The notes below the pieces were generated by a model, which worked only from the letters and a program-made list of their open reading frames with translations, had not been told where the DNA came from and did not search any database. A DNA stretch of 64,000 bases. It comes from Takakia lepidozioides (Eukaryota; Plantae; Bryophyta). This document shows positions 12,692-26,078 of the stretch, in pieces. Within the stretch, counting starts at the first letter, position 1, and each line of letters opens with the position of its first letter. A program made the position numbers and the translations under genes. The stretch lies in NCBI GenBank assembly GCA_030704615.1, contig CM060732.1, positions 6,696,001 through 6,760,000 of the forward strand. Direction: 5' to 3'.

Positions 12692-14105
12692 AGAGGTGAA
12701 CACCTAGAGAGGGACGTCTGTACTCGCCCCGTGAGGCGGAGGATGGAAGAGGAACCCGGGTGTGAAGAGGATTCCTGGAGATTTGACAGGAACATTCGGA
12801 CGGCATCCTACACACCGTTGGGGGAAACCAAAGAGGCGGCGACCTCCCTCAAAAGTGAACGAGACAAGGATGGGGAATGCACTTCGGATGAACTGTACAA
12901 TCCAGAGCTCGACAGAAATGCCCCCACCAGGTTTTGGGCGTGTGTATCAGATGGCCACGGCAGGCTCAAATGTTCGCAATGAGGTGTACACTATCACCAT
13001 TTCAGAATTACCTACTTGCAATTGCACCCCACTTCCAGATCATGGCAAAGAAGGGGGCATCATACTGCCCTTGCAAGCATATGTACTACGTGTACCTAAA
13101 GAGACTCCGGTGTAATTCCACAACTCATCACTTCATACATGCACCAAGGTTGAGCCCCCAAGAGGTGTACACTCTTCTGAATATGGATCCAAGGGACCAG
13201 TGAGCTTGGCTTGCGGGCCACAACACAATGTTACGCCCATCCTTTTCGGAGTTTCAGTTATAGTAGAACTGTATTGCTGCAAGTACCTCTGACTTTGGCC
13301 ACAGAAAGGTTCGACTTATGTCTCTCCTACCAGTAACCTGTTTTGCTCGAACTAAGATAATACTATGTCATTCACTTCTGTTTCCACGTGCTTGTATTTT
13401 TGTTTGTTGGAGGGTTCTTGTTTTTCTACTCTCCCAAACTTTGCTTTCCTCATTCCATCCCCGGCAAGGAAATGCGGCACCGCATTTCCAAGTAACGTCG
13501 TAGGTACTGGTAGTTGTGGCCTTCATCATAGCAAGATAGTCGCACCCAGTCTTCAGGGAGCCGACCGTCGCCAACAGCGAACCCCCCAGAAATTTCGCAC
13601 GTGCGAACCGTAATGCGGCACCGCATTTCCCAGTTGACTCGCAAACCTTTCCCGCCGAATACCCGAAGATGACAGAATTGTGAAGTACTGCAGATTCTAT
13701 TGGTGCAGACTCTATTGGTTCTATCGCAGCAAAAGGGTCAGCTTCATTCCAATGTTAAGGCATGTAAAATTGCGGAATACTCTATACAGGCCAGTATGCG
13801 ACGTCCTTTTGCCGTGGTATACTGGATTTCTCGTTGCACGGTCACTCATTTCCATGAGCGGATATAAAAAACCATGAGCGAAGTTGTTACTGACGACATA
13901 TCTTCGCCGCATTACAGGATCTGGAACATCCAAAAACGGCAAGGTCAAATTAAAAACTATTATTTTAATACTTTTTTAATCTGCCGCATTTCCAAATTTG
14001 GAGGGGTCCGCTCATGAAAACCGCGTGTCTTAGACTTCGGCTCACCGCTCATGCGGCTCATGCAGCTCATGGCTCATGGTTTCTGCTCATGAAATAGTAA
14101 ACCTC
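12692..14105 (+). mobile_element. Inverted, internally deleted copy of the transposase-side end of family A (SWIM exon + TIR)
   Basis: Reverse-complement similarity to 26926-28175 and 28790-28905; PTCNCT...CKHMYYVYLK; ends GCTCATGAAATAGTAAACCTC at 14105. Confidence 0.9.
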
Positions 14106-14765
14106 AGAAAGAGATGGAGAAATAGAAATCCTAGAGGAACCAACCACTGTGAGTTTACAGGATGAAGTAGTGGCTGGATGGACAATCATAGCTGAAGAGC
14201 AGGTGAGAGAAGTGAATGTGGGAACTGAGGAGGAACCAAGAATGGTGAAAGTTGGGGCTGACTTGGAGCTAGAATTCTTTGAGGAAGCTAAGAGCTTGTT
14301 TATCAAATACAAAGATGTATTTGCTTGGAGCTATGAAGATCTGAAAGGGATACCACCTGAGATCTGCCAGCATAAGATTGAACTGGAACCAGGGTCAGTA
14401 CCAATCAAACAGGCAAAATACAGGATGAATCCCAACTATGCACAGAAGGTTGGGGAGGAGATTAAGAAGTTGGCCGAGGCTAAGTTCATATACCCGATTG
14501 AGTATACAACTTGGCTATCACCCATTGTGATAGTTCTTAAGAAGAATGGCAAACTGAGAGTTTGTGTGAACTACAAGAAGTTGAATGATTGTACAAAGAA
14601 AGATCCATTTTCTTTGTCATTCACAGAAGCAGTACTGGACATTGTGGCAGGCCATGAGATGTACTCATTCATGGATGGCTTCAGTGGGTATAACCAAGTA
14701 CAAGTAGCTGAAGAAGACTAGGGAAAGACTGCTTTCATCACAGACTGGGGTGCTTATGCATACAG
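14106..14765 (+). pseudogene. Ty3/gypsy RT N-terminal fragment, same family as 42319-45018
   Basis: DVFAWSYEDLKGIPPEICQHKI...WLSPIVIV.KKNGKLRVC...SFMDGFSGYNQ; stop at 14719-14721. Confidence 0.92.
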
Positions 14766-14788
14766 TAATGCATTTTCTAGGATGAAAT

Positions 14789-17700
14789 TGTCGAGCGGCT
14801 TTTACTCACCCATCCCTTCGCTATCCGAGGTGGAAACTCCAAGATAGAAGAGTTGGATATCTCTAAGCACTCAGCCCGCTCAGAACAATTAGTCATGTCA
14901 TGCAGCTAGTGAATCATGGTTGTGCTTCCTATTTGTATTCCTTCCTGCCTTCATGTTATCAATTTACCTTACCGTGTATACTGAAGCATCAGATTGCTTC
15001 AGTATCTACTAAGTTCCAGTTAATCATGCATTCATTCCATAGCTTCTCTCGTGTCTCTCTACACAGTATGTTTGTATCGATTCAGTATCGGATTAAGATT
15101 AATCATGTATCATGCCTATGCCATGGTGTCTCTATTCTATCCTACTGTATATTTCTACAGCTTGCATGAACTAAGCCTCCTTCAAGTCATCATCTCCTCC
15201 TCACTATTTCCTGCTCTCCGTTATGTTTCTTCCTTCCTTTCCCCAGTTGCCCACTCCAGAAGTGATCCCCTTCCCATTGCCGCTCTCCTAACTACCCGCA
15301 AGCTGTTCTAACCACCTAACTAACTAACCGTCACCCCTGAAGTAATTGTAGTGTGAAAAGAAGGGGGCATATATCCCCTTCTGTCTAATCCTAATCTAGT
15401 TCTTAGTGCAAGGTCTTGTTGGTATTCTGGTTCTCCCTCTCTCATGGTTGGCTACATCCATGCTATTTATGATCAGAGTTCATAAAGCCCTCATCCACGC
15501 CGCAGCGGAAGAGAAGACATGGATGGGACAAGTGAAGGTGTTCCCTGCATAGTGCAACAGGCCTGACTAGGGTTCTGTCTTGCACCATGCTTAGTTTTCA
15601 TGTTGATACAGTCACTCAAAACAGCTTACCAGAGGGTTAATGACAGCCTATGAATTCACCATTTGCATGTAGCATCTACTAGAACCCCCTTTGTTCTCAT
15701 GCAATCACCGAAAATGCAAGGTAACATGGATCTACCATACAGTGCAGGTCTGCTATTTCTATGCAACTCATGGTCTTTCCTTTATCTCTCAACTGGCCCT
15801 CCCTTCATCATTCTTTTGCTGAACAGATCTCTCTTCTTCCCAATGTTTTCTCCTTTCTGATGCAAGTGCCATATTAGACCAGACAACCCCTCTTCATGCA
15901 ATGCAAATATACCAAGGCACACATCCAGTGGAGACCTTTCGCAAAAATCCTCCTTGGAATCATAAGTACACACCACCTTATCTCTTAGCTTTTCTCTCCT
16001 CCCAAACAGAATCTCTCCTCATTCTCATACCCTAATGCTGACAGTTACAGACCCTGTCCCTCATTTCTACCCTGTAGCAAGTGCACAGATTCCCTTGGTG
16101 AATCTCCCTATACTGTTCATTTTGCAGACTTGTTTAACTCTAAGCATTGATGCACAGTTTGCTCCAGATTCAGTGTGCTGAATCATAAAATCAAAGCAGG
16201 ACAAACACTATATATGCATTGATTGTAGATGGCTGCATCTGCCTTCTATCACCATTCCCCAAAGACATGCATCATCTCTCATCCTCTCTACACCATTCTG
16301 GTTTGAAGCCCAAGCCACCACTCCATTCCATTTTTCAAAACGTTCTCATACTCTCTCTACTAACTCCAGAGCCTTCAATCATTTCAGCGACATCTATCTA
16401 AGTAAAAAAAAAACCCCCCCTGTCTCTATTAACTTAGCTGTCTTATACTCCAGCTGAAGCGGTGGGATTGCCTGCCCGAAATGGCACCTCACCATCTCTG
16501 TCAGCAGCTCCCTAACTCCTCTTGTCGTCTGAATGCCACGTTTGTAAAAACAAAGATCTATGTATGTCAGATCCTGTCATCGCTATGCCACTCCACCTTT
16601 CAGATATTCGTCGATTCAAGCATTCAGTGAGTCATGACGGCTCTGTTTCAACCTATGGCAGTAACCTTGTCGCTTGCCAACTAACTACCCCTACCCATCT
16701 CTGCTAATCTACCCTACGATCTGATATGATAACAAGCAGACAGTCATCATCTGAAAGCTTCTTGCTCTATACATTTCACTCCTTTGCCTCTTTATTTACA
16801 GATAACCTGTACCACTGTCCACAAGCCGACGCCCTCATGCTGGCGATTGCATCAATCAACATGTGGTCAAGTCAGTAATCCCATTGCTGCCCGTCATCTG
16901 GCAGCAATTGCTTCTCCCACAAGTGCAGCTTTCAATAATCGCACATGAATGCAATGGCGGCAGTATCAGTTTGCACTCCCTACCTCTCTGCAGATGCTCG
17001 TCGTGATGGAGCTGCACCATCACTTTAACTAGCCTTTGATTGTTCCAGCAACCCTACCTTTCTATTCCCTGTCAGCAGGCCGTCTTGCAAGTTCATCCTC
17101 CCTGTCATCGTGGTCATGAGAGTAACGACGGCACTGCCGCCCCTCCACCGAGCTGCTTTCCCCGCAACTCCTACATCTTCAGAGGTCAAACACAGGCACC
17201 GCCTCAATGCCTTCATTACTTCTGTCAGTAGCACATGATATTACTTGCCCTTCATGAATCGTCCTGCAGCACTCCCTCTCTTCAAAACTATGAAACGATT
17301 ACTGCACCGCCTCCCTTCACCTGGCTTGAGCAAAATTACCTAGCTGTTCCCTGCACGATTATCCTCCAGCAAGCCCTAAGCTTCCTCAACCCGTGTTTCT
17401 ATGGTAATCACAGCGATGAAAGCCATTCATCCTATGGATGAAAAATGCGCATTTCATGACTTAGCCACATTTTGTCCTGGCAGCGCAATAGCATATTGTG
17501 CCCATGGATTTAACTGTATGCATGGATACTTCCCTCCTTGTTATTAGCACCAGGGCTCTCTCTTTGTAGTAATGCCGAATCCTGATGCCAAACAAAAATT
17601 TCACTGTTACTCCCCTGCATTCACACTACATAACACGTTCCCTCTGCAGATGTCGTTCCCTCATAGTCGTTCCCTGTCAATGATAACTGTTCCCCATGTA

Positions 17701-17955
17701 CTGTGAAAGGCTGTGTCAAGTTGTGCCGAGCTGTGACTGGATGTGTAAAGCTGTGTCGGGCTGTGACTGGCTGTGTCGGGCTATGACTGGCTGTGTCTGG
17801 CTGTGACGGGTTGTGTGAAGCTATGTCGGGCTGTGTAACCCCCCTAAAGCCTGCTGCTGCCACCCCTAAGGCTCCTGTTGGTCTCAGCTGCGCAAAAATT
17901 AAGGGTACCCCACAGAACCCGTAAAAGCGTCTAAGTCCCAAGCAGCCCTCTAACA
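14789..17955 (-). mobile_element. Older (probably solo) LTR related to the 37085 LTR family, interrupted by a nested insertion
   Basis: Starts TGTCGAGCGGCTTTTACTCACCC, ends CTCTAACA, contains the GCTGTG-type repeat tract; flanks GAAAT/TAAAT (imperfect 5-bp TSD). Confidence 0.8.
15347..17630. mobile_element. 2284-bp insertion with TG...CA ends, probably a solo LTR of another family
   Basis: 10-bp inverted termini TGTAGTGTGA / TCACACTACA; flanks TAAT/TAAC; host LTR sequence resumes colinearly after 17630. Confidence 0.75.
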
Positions 17956-18229
17956 TAAATACCCCACGTCCCCCACATGTAATCATCCCATTAGCACACA
18001 TAATACAACATCCTTATGTCTTTCCCTTTATGCAGCCTCTCCCTTATTTGGGCGTGAATGGTCAAAACCGAACGTCGCTCCTTCCACTCCTCACTCACTC
18101 CTTCCAAAACCACAATCAGATCTTGCATGAGCACTACTCTCTAAACCCTAAACTTTGTGGAATATACTTTACATGCATTCAGAAGATTAAATAAAGTAAT
18201 TTCCATGCGAGAGGGAATGGTGCTTATAC

Positions 18230-18800
18230 CTTGCGTGGTATTTTTTTCCCTTGGACATCATCCCGATATCGGTCTTTCTTGCACTTTGGGCACTTGGTGA
18301 GACGCGAATCCTCTCCGTAGTATAGGGTTTTATCACATGGACATGCATGAAAAATCTTATAGCCCATCCCCACAGAGTCCAAGTTTTGTGCGCCTCTTTC
18401 CGCGACTGTGGCATCTTGGGTTTCAAGTGTGGAGCAAAGATATAGTCCGCAATAGTTCGCATTATGGCAGACATCCCAACATTACTTATGCCAAATCGAA
18501 TTTGAAGATTGAGCAAAAGTAAGATTGTTGAAAGTCGACTCACTTTTGCCCCTTCGTACAAGGGAGTTCTCGCCTCCCTCTCCATGTCATTTGAGGGGGC
18601 CATTTCAGGATCATCAATTGGCCGGGTTCCCTCTCCATGAGATGCATCAGCGCCCACATGATGCATTAAGAGATTCTTCATGGCTTGCACATCCTCCTGG
18701 TTAATTCCATGCTCATTGTTGTTGTCACTGTCACTATCACTGTCATCGTCATCATCGTCCGGTACCGTGGGGGCGGCGTCTAGCCCACGGCTCCCACCTG
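18230..18800 (-). pseudogene. CACTA transposase N-terminal fragment
   Basis: EARTPLYEGAKVSRLSTILLLLNL...MPQSRKEAHK, then after a frameshift YKIFHACPCDKTLYY...KCPKCKKDRY, the pattern found upstream of Transposase_21. Confidence 0.75.
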
Positions 18801-20333
18801 ATGTACTTGGGTTGTTTTCGGATGGGGTGCCAAGAGAAAGGACTGGGAAGGGAGGGACAAAGTCCTGATACGAACAAATGAACATACGGACATAAATTAT
18901 AATGTGTCCTTGCAACCATACAACTTATTATAAGCGAAATGCAAACAACAATCTTCAATGTGCATCAAATATGTCATTCCATAATTACATGTATGTGCGC
19001 AACGTCACGCATGCAAAGTTTCAAACCCAAACAAAATCATTTGCCCCCCCAAGGACGCGTTCAACCTATCAATCAATTTTTGTTTATTAATGTGAAAGAA
19101 AATCCTCTCATGCCATTGCACCCATCAAACGGATGTGGCTCAAGCTTCACTTTTTCCCACATGTGCTTAAATATGTGTGCAACACATGTGCAAAGATCCA
19201 GCAGGAAAAAGAAACATTTGCTTCCCCAACAACGCACTCACCCTTGAACCAATTTTGAATTAGATCGAATTTAAAATGAATATTTGCATTTAAAAATTAT
19301 AGGATTGCGGTTTTGAGGGGCGTAATGATTTTATTTTTGGCTCTATTTTGTTCTGTGACATCGGGGTTTGCACCACTATATCCATGCAAAACATTGGATC
19401 AAAAAAAAAATGGAAAAAAAAAAGTGTGTTTCTAGGGTCACACTTTGCATAACTCGCTATAAAGAGTGCATAAATTTGAAGATAACTCAACTTTGGAGTG
19501 CAAATGAGAGAAGAAAATATGGTTTTGGATCCAAATGACTTTTGTTTACTCCCAAATTTTGGACGCACATTGCATATGAATACCCCATGTGGCTCTAAAA
19601 ATACAGTTGCAGGTCCGAGTAATCTAAGTTAAAACAACATACATGGGCCTGTTTCACACTTAAATGGAAGTTTAAAGCACGACCCTTTGGAAATAGCATT
19701 CGAAGTAGTAAAGTGCCGCAGGGAAGTATGCAGCATTATTCCCTCTTCTTTGCATTGTCCATATCATCTAGCTTTACAAATCAAATCAAGTGATGTCCCT
19801 CACATGCGCCCGTCCCAAAAACCATCACAAATGGCAATTTGTATGTTAGTGAGGATGCGCGAGGTGAGTTACAGGACATCACACTTGCTATCGATGTCAG
19901 AGATGATTCCTAAAGCAAGCATTAGATGAAAAGACAAGCAGAAGCAACATTTTCCAGAAACCTTTAAAGCTTGTGGAATGAAAGTACTATGTGACATGGC
20001 ATCCAAGATCTGGCATTCAATCAAAGCAAACACAAAGGGTTTGCTGAAGGGTAGAGAGGAGCTTATCAACACCATTAAGCTTCCATAGATCTTATAGGGC
20101 ACCGCTGCAGCATAAACGAACAATGACCAATTCTCCATAAAGCACGGCAGCAGCTTGTCTGCCGGTTTGTGAATTGAAGATACCAGCATAGGAGCAGCAA
20201 ATTTGGTTATAACCGCACCTCCCAATGAAATTGACAACGCGGAATCAAGCCGCTAAGTTGTCAGGCCACCATCACGCAGCTCCAGGGAAAAACCAAAGGT
20301 AAGCATACATGAATCCAAATTACGACATAAGTA

Positions 20334-21535
20334 TTGATGCATCGTACACTACGCATATTGCAGCCACGACTTGATGCCCAAGCTCGCAATCACATTGCAC
20401 AGGAGGCATTTCGCGCCGGTCTGCTTGCAGAATATGTGCCAGAGCATGTGCCTGATGTGACCAGTTGGTTCCCCCACACCGTAGATGATATGCGTAGGGT
20501 CAAGGGGTATCGTAGGTGTCGTAGGCGTTATGGCCGGCGACGAGCAGGCCAACCCCCCCCCCTCTGGTATCCTCAGGCGGTCCCCCTGATCCAATGTCAT
20601 CATCTGATGATTCTCCGCACCATACATGCGGGAGCGACGTGCAGGCCGATTGTGCCCCCCCCCCCGTCTGTTTCTTTACCTGATCCACCTCCAGTAGTAT
20701 CTGATCCGGACGTTGTACCCCCGGCTGCACCTCTGGCATTACATCCTCAACCACCTCCACTTTCATCTCCTCCGCCAGCAGTACCACCGAGCCACCTTCA
20801 CCACCACCTCCACCTCCACCTCCCCGTGCATGTGCCCTCTAAACCCCTAGGAGGGGTCGGCTTCACCTAGGTTTCCTCCACTTCTGAAGACCGTCCAGCC
20901 TCATTGTTGGGGGAATCATCTCGACCCTCCTACCCCCATTGGAGAGAATGTGGAGCTCGAGTATTTGGGTAGACGGTATGTTGTGAGAGCCGCTACTGAC
21001 CCTGCTATGGGTCGGGGTTTATTCACGGTCAATGATATTGTGGTTCCTCCTGGGAGAAACAGCATGGTGGACTTGTTTCCCTACTACGGTCCATAGTACA
21101 CCTCCCGGGAGTTCCGTACATTACACCTCGAAGCCCATATATCCTACCCTACATTGTGTGTGTCAACGGACAGGATGTACGTAGACGGGGTCTGTCTCCC
21201 ATTGAGATCAGATTTTGTGATGGTGACCCTGATATCTTCGGCCATGTTGCTGGGCTGGTCAACAGTTCTTTTGGTCATCCTATGAGAACCAATGTAGTAT
21301 GGGACGAGCGAAGCGATGGGCATGAGAGCTTTTGTGGTCATACGTCGTATACTGTGAGGGGATGCACATGTTTGTGATGACATGTGCTAGTAGGACTATT
21401 AGGGTTGGCAGCAAGCTATTTGCATCATACGAGTTCTCCCGGGATGATTGGGACCTCCGATTACAACATGAGTGGGATGCGTATGATAGAAATAGGGTTC
21501 ATTTGAGACAGGGATCGCGTAGAGGGGCATTGTAG
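20334..21535 (+). pseudogene. Pro-rich + SET-domain-like gene, degenerate
   Basis: Joined across lesions: MGRGLFTVNDIVVPPG..DLFPYYG ... FCDGDPDIFGHVAGLVNSSFGHPMRTNVVW ... FVMTCASRTIRVGSKLFASY, matching the order of SET motifs GxG / YxG / NHS / RxIxxGEELxxxY. Confidence 0.72.
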
Positions 21536-21928
21536 ATATTCTCATGATGTACTTTGTATACATCTCATTAATCGATTGTGTAATATCTTTGGTTGTTCAT
21601 GTGGGTTGCAACTTTGCATATGTGATCTAAACATACTTATGCACATGTGGACCAAATATGAGCTTGAACCAAGTTCATTCAATGGGTCATTCAAGTGTTG
21701 AACGCAACTACGTGTCGTAGAGACGAAAAACTGCGTTTTGCCAGTACATGATTTTTTTTTTTATTCCATTCTGAAGCCATATGCTTAATGATAGTTGCTG
21801 GTTTCCTCACAAAACCCTAACATCTATGTGAACCCTTGGCTGTATGGAACTACTCTGCTGATTGGTTTATGATACCCTACAGAGTTCTTTGAGTTGAATG
21901 CTCTGGGCCTTGAAACCAACGACGCAAT

Positions 21929-22022
21929 GGCGTGAGCCTTGCGCGTGAGCGCGCGAGCGTACGCTCACGCAGGAGTGACGTGGCGTGAGCCTGCACCCAC
22001 GCTGATGTGGCGTGAGCGTGAT
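21929..22022. repeat. Cluster of GCGTGAGC motifs; candidate subterminal repeats of element B
   Basis: About 5 copies of CGTGAGC or its complement, one base different from family-A CATGAGC, just downstream of the B transposase; similar cluster at 512-575. Confidence 0.45.
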
Positions 22023-22770
22023 GTAAGCAGGCTGATGTGGCGACAAATGCTGACGTGGCACTGCGCCGTCATCTGCCATGTCAGCATGAACATGCGCCGC
22101 CTATAACCGAGGATGGTCCTATGACCATAGGAATAATGAAGGGAATCCTTGGCTAAATACAATCAAGACTACCATGAGGCCTACAATTGCAGCATCCAAC
22201 ATTGTGCAATTACAAATGTTTGTTTCACTTTTATAATTACAAGGGTTTGAAAATATCCTCACAAAGTGTGCGCCATAGATGCTGCAACGGGAAGACCTTG
22301 CTCCCTCCCCAAATAACAATGAGAGTTAGGATCATCTTCAAAAGATGGTTGCAGTGCATAGCGACAGAAGACACGTAGACTTCGAACGGTGCAATGATGA
22401 ATGTGCTTTTAAAAGTTGCCACTCAGAGCTCACTCAGTATAGTTGGAAGGATAATGGAGGGATAAGGGATGCCAAATCATTGCACCGCCGACGATGTTGC
22501 AAACGAATTGATTTGAATTGAATTTCCATGACAATGTTGCAAATTGCACATTTCATAGCATGATCGTCCATATACCACATGGCATAGTTGATGCTACCTA
22601 TGTGTTGTATCCTGCTGCAATAGAGTATCGACCTCGTTGAAACTCAGAGTGGCCTGGTGAATGAAGTTGTCACGTTTGGGATCGCAAAACCCTCCTCAAA
22701 AAAAATATGAAATACAAATGTTTGCAGGGTATGAATTTACCTCTCTTGCCCAAACTGGTTTGAGAGCATT

Positions 22771-25700
22771 TCACAAAATCAGGACATGTGCAATTGGGAA
22801 AATTGGAAACCGTGATGTTGTAGGCCCTGTCATGAACACAGATGTCGAAGTGATCATTGTGTACACCCGACCATATCCTGGATCGGGCACTTCCGTGGTG
22901 CTTGCAACACGAGCTTGGAGCATTCTTGCGGACTCCACTTTGCCGAAGTGTTCAGCGGTTGGAGGGGAAACGCCGAACCAGCTTTCCATCTCGTTTGGTT
23001 GGTTGGCCACAAGTGAGGATTTGCCGGGGGGACCCGAAGGACGCAGAAGTAGAAAACACATGTATGCAGTAGGGGTCTCGCAAGGGAAAGCCCCTCTCCA
23101 TCAATCTCCTGACTTTGATGTGTGTCCCACCTTGACGGGCCAAACGGTTGGAGGAGCTGGCTTCATCACCACGGAAGGACGCACAGTTCCATGCACACAT
23201 CTACCACAATCGTCTGCGCAGAACCAAAACTTGTGGTTCTTTGCTTCTGGTTGGCCGTATGGACGCATCAAACCCATGAAAGTCGGAGCAGGAGTCCGGG
23301 CACCGCCTCTGGATATAGATGAAGTGCACTTCTCAAAATTAGTTGCCCTGATCAATGTACATTTCACACGACACCCTGCATTTGTGCGTTCGATGTGCCA
23401 AACGTGGTCGGGGCATGCGGACTCCAGCACATCAAGGGGGTAGTTTCTCTCCTGCACCCATTTAGTGGCACTGTTAGATGCTGGAGCCTGCCGTCGAGTC
23501 GGAGGTTCCTCAGAATGGAGGTTCCGGACATGGATTTGTCATGCAGGGGAACACGAGGCTTCGAGAAGTTATCACGGTCTGCCCTGTGCGAATCGAAATC
23601 CGAACCAGGTGGGGTGTTCAATTTCCTCTTACATGAGCCGAATCTCTCCTCCCCTTCAAGATGTGGAACTCTAGAAACAAGTGGCGTTCCCTGGGCATAC
23701 ATGCTCACCGCCCATGCTATCTTGCTTGGATCCCCAGATCTGTTTGCAGCACGCAACATCAACTCATGTTTGTCCGGACCCGTGCCACCAGCCCCTCCTC
23801 GCAAGAAATCATGGTATCTGGTTTTTTGTTGCAAGGCACGTATCGGATTATCTGTTGTTGCCACATACAAATCCCGACCTCGTTTCCCAGACTGTTGCAA
23901 CCATGCATTGTGCACAGTCCTGCCAAATTGCAAGATGGCATGTCCGCCATTTCCTCAATGGACATGTTCTGCAAAGAGGAGAACCACACTTCAGAACAGT
24001 GCATAGGGAACAACATAAAGAAAACAAGGAGAGCAAAATTTGGAAAGTAAATGTAGGAATAAAGCTAGCAATACAAGCCTCGCACCATTGTCATGGCTGC
24101 TCCCACTGTCTGTACCGAAAGAAAATGCCAAATCTCAGTCATCTCCAACCTCTCATACTCTCAGCCATGCTCTAGAAGAGACCACCAGGCACTTTGTCTG
24201 GACAAAGTGTCCGCCTCCTTCATTGTTCTAGCATCTTTGTACTCTTTGCACAATTTACGTTGTGTCTGCATCTCTGGTTTGATGTCCGACTTTGTATCTC
24301 TCTCCAAAGATTGTGTCCAATGGAATAGACAATGTACGCTCTCTTCCCGGCATTGGCATTTTTGGGTCGCCTGATCCGAAGACAATTCGAACTGCATTGA
24401 AATTTGCCTGAGCACTATCTGCCATAAAACCAGCGAAATTTGGAGATGGCAGCCCATAACACGTACAAAGGATTTCCACATGAGCTTCTGGGATTCCGTA
24501 TCCTCAGATTGCATGTCACAAACTACAATTGTCATAACTCGTTGGTACACTGGATCGTAGACATGACAAGCCATTGTCGTCCAATCTTTCACTCGTTTCA
24601 CATTATCAAACATAAGAAAACAATTATGCAGGTCCCCAGTCTTCTGCATCCGCTTCACGAGGCTAACCCCACTACCCTCCCCAGCAGTCGACATTTTGAA
24701 AAGAAATACTTTGATGGCACCTTGACCTGGAAAAACATTGTCCTGGATGTAATCATACATGCTCAGTCGTTTCAATTCCAAAATGTTGTCTATGTAGCCT
24801 CTGATCCCAGAGCCCATTCTCAATGCATTGAACTGATGCCGAATGTTAGGTGAACTCAACGTGGAGAAATGATCCATGACAACGTCCAGTGCTGCACCGT
24901 CAAGTTTAGTCCCCACAGAATCCCCTTCACTCAAAATATGGCTTTCCAAGAAGGACTTACTTGCGTCAAGAGCAATTGCGGATGTTGTTGCGAATGGGTT
25001 TCTCTCGTACTCTTGTTTAATCAACCTCAATATTGTCTCAACACTCTCCCTGTAATCCCCCTTCGAGACAGGATGGTTATGGAAATTGAAATGCACACAA
25101 GCTCTTGTCATTGTTTTCAAACGGTGGACAACATAGTACATTCTTGCTCCACACAGCGCCAGGCAGGATGGTACTAGTTTGCAGAATTTGCAAACAAAAG
25201 TGGTTTCCGGTGGAGGAGCAGTCCCAGGCTTAAATGGATTTTCCGCGAGACCCTCCCATTCGCTTTGATTATGAACCCCAGACTGAAGAAAGTGTCTGCA
25301 ATTCAAATTATCACACCTAAGGTGTCCATTGCAAACTGTTCTCTTGAAAACAAGCTTGTCCTCATTTTTGAATATTGGATGTTTTTGTTCTGCACCATGG
25401 GTGCCCGTCGTGTTTTTTGTCCATTCCATGCATCATGCTTGTTATACCTCCAACTCGCGGAGGAGGAGGCAGCTCGAATAGGATATCCCCATCAAAAGTC
25501 TCTGGCAGGAACTTCGCAGGCGCCTGCTTCAAAGCTTCCCAATCAATTCCCCGCAACTCACTTTTGAAACCTACCATTCCTCCCATCGCCCGTAGTTTTG
25601 GAATGACACTACAAATGTCTTCTTCATCCGCTTCCACGACTCCAGTACAAAGGACTGGAGTTGGAATTTCACTAATGTCATCATCGGACGAATCCGAAAG

Positions 25701-26078
25701 CTCAACGATTGGAGTGGAGGATGTTTGTTCTTTTTTCACCACCACCTCCCTTTTGCCTTCAACGACTGAAGCAGCAGTCCCGGGCGTCACATATAATCCA
25801 AGGGACTTTCGCCGAGGCTCTCTAAGTACTCTGTATCTACCAGGGCGCACTCTCCACTGGCTCACATGAGCCGTCTCATCACAATTTTGAAAAGAGTATT
25901 TCAACAACTTCCCGTCCAAATCGTACACCTCTTTCTCCAAGAAGATGGACCCATTCAAAAGCTCAAACCGGGTAGCCAGGACATGTTCCACAACAATTGC
26001 GAATCCATTGTCAAGTGCTTCTTTGGAGAAAGGCACTGGTTTGTCGTCAGAATAAAACTCTGCTTCGGAGGAAGCCAT
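22771..26078 (-). pseudogene. MULE-type DDE transposase of element B (GCM/WRKY-like zinc domain + DDE), frameshifted
   Basis: DGHPWCRTKT..CNGHLRCDNLNC, CKFC..C..HFNFHNHP, LMFDNVKRV, GFMADSAQAN, CLFHWTQSL, NLA(E)TVHNAW; colinear with the A transposase. Confidence 0.8.

Noticed and set aside
7302-14105. Single Pack-MULE capturing the PPR/PDF locus between the TIRs at 7302 and 14105
   Set aside because: Flanks TTCACAAGA and AGAAAGAGA are not a TSD, the two subterminal regions differ, and a CACTA end intervenes
17624-17630. CACTACA as a CACTA left terminus
   Set aside because: It is the 3' inverted end of the 15347-17630 insertion, and LTR sequence follows
22661-24006. Long plus-strand ORFs (22661-23443, 23395-24006; likewise 28096-29046)
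   Set aside because: They are antisense shadows of the minus-strand transposase
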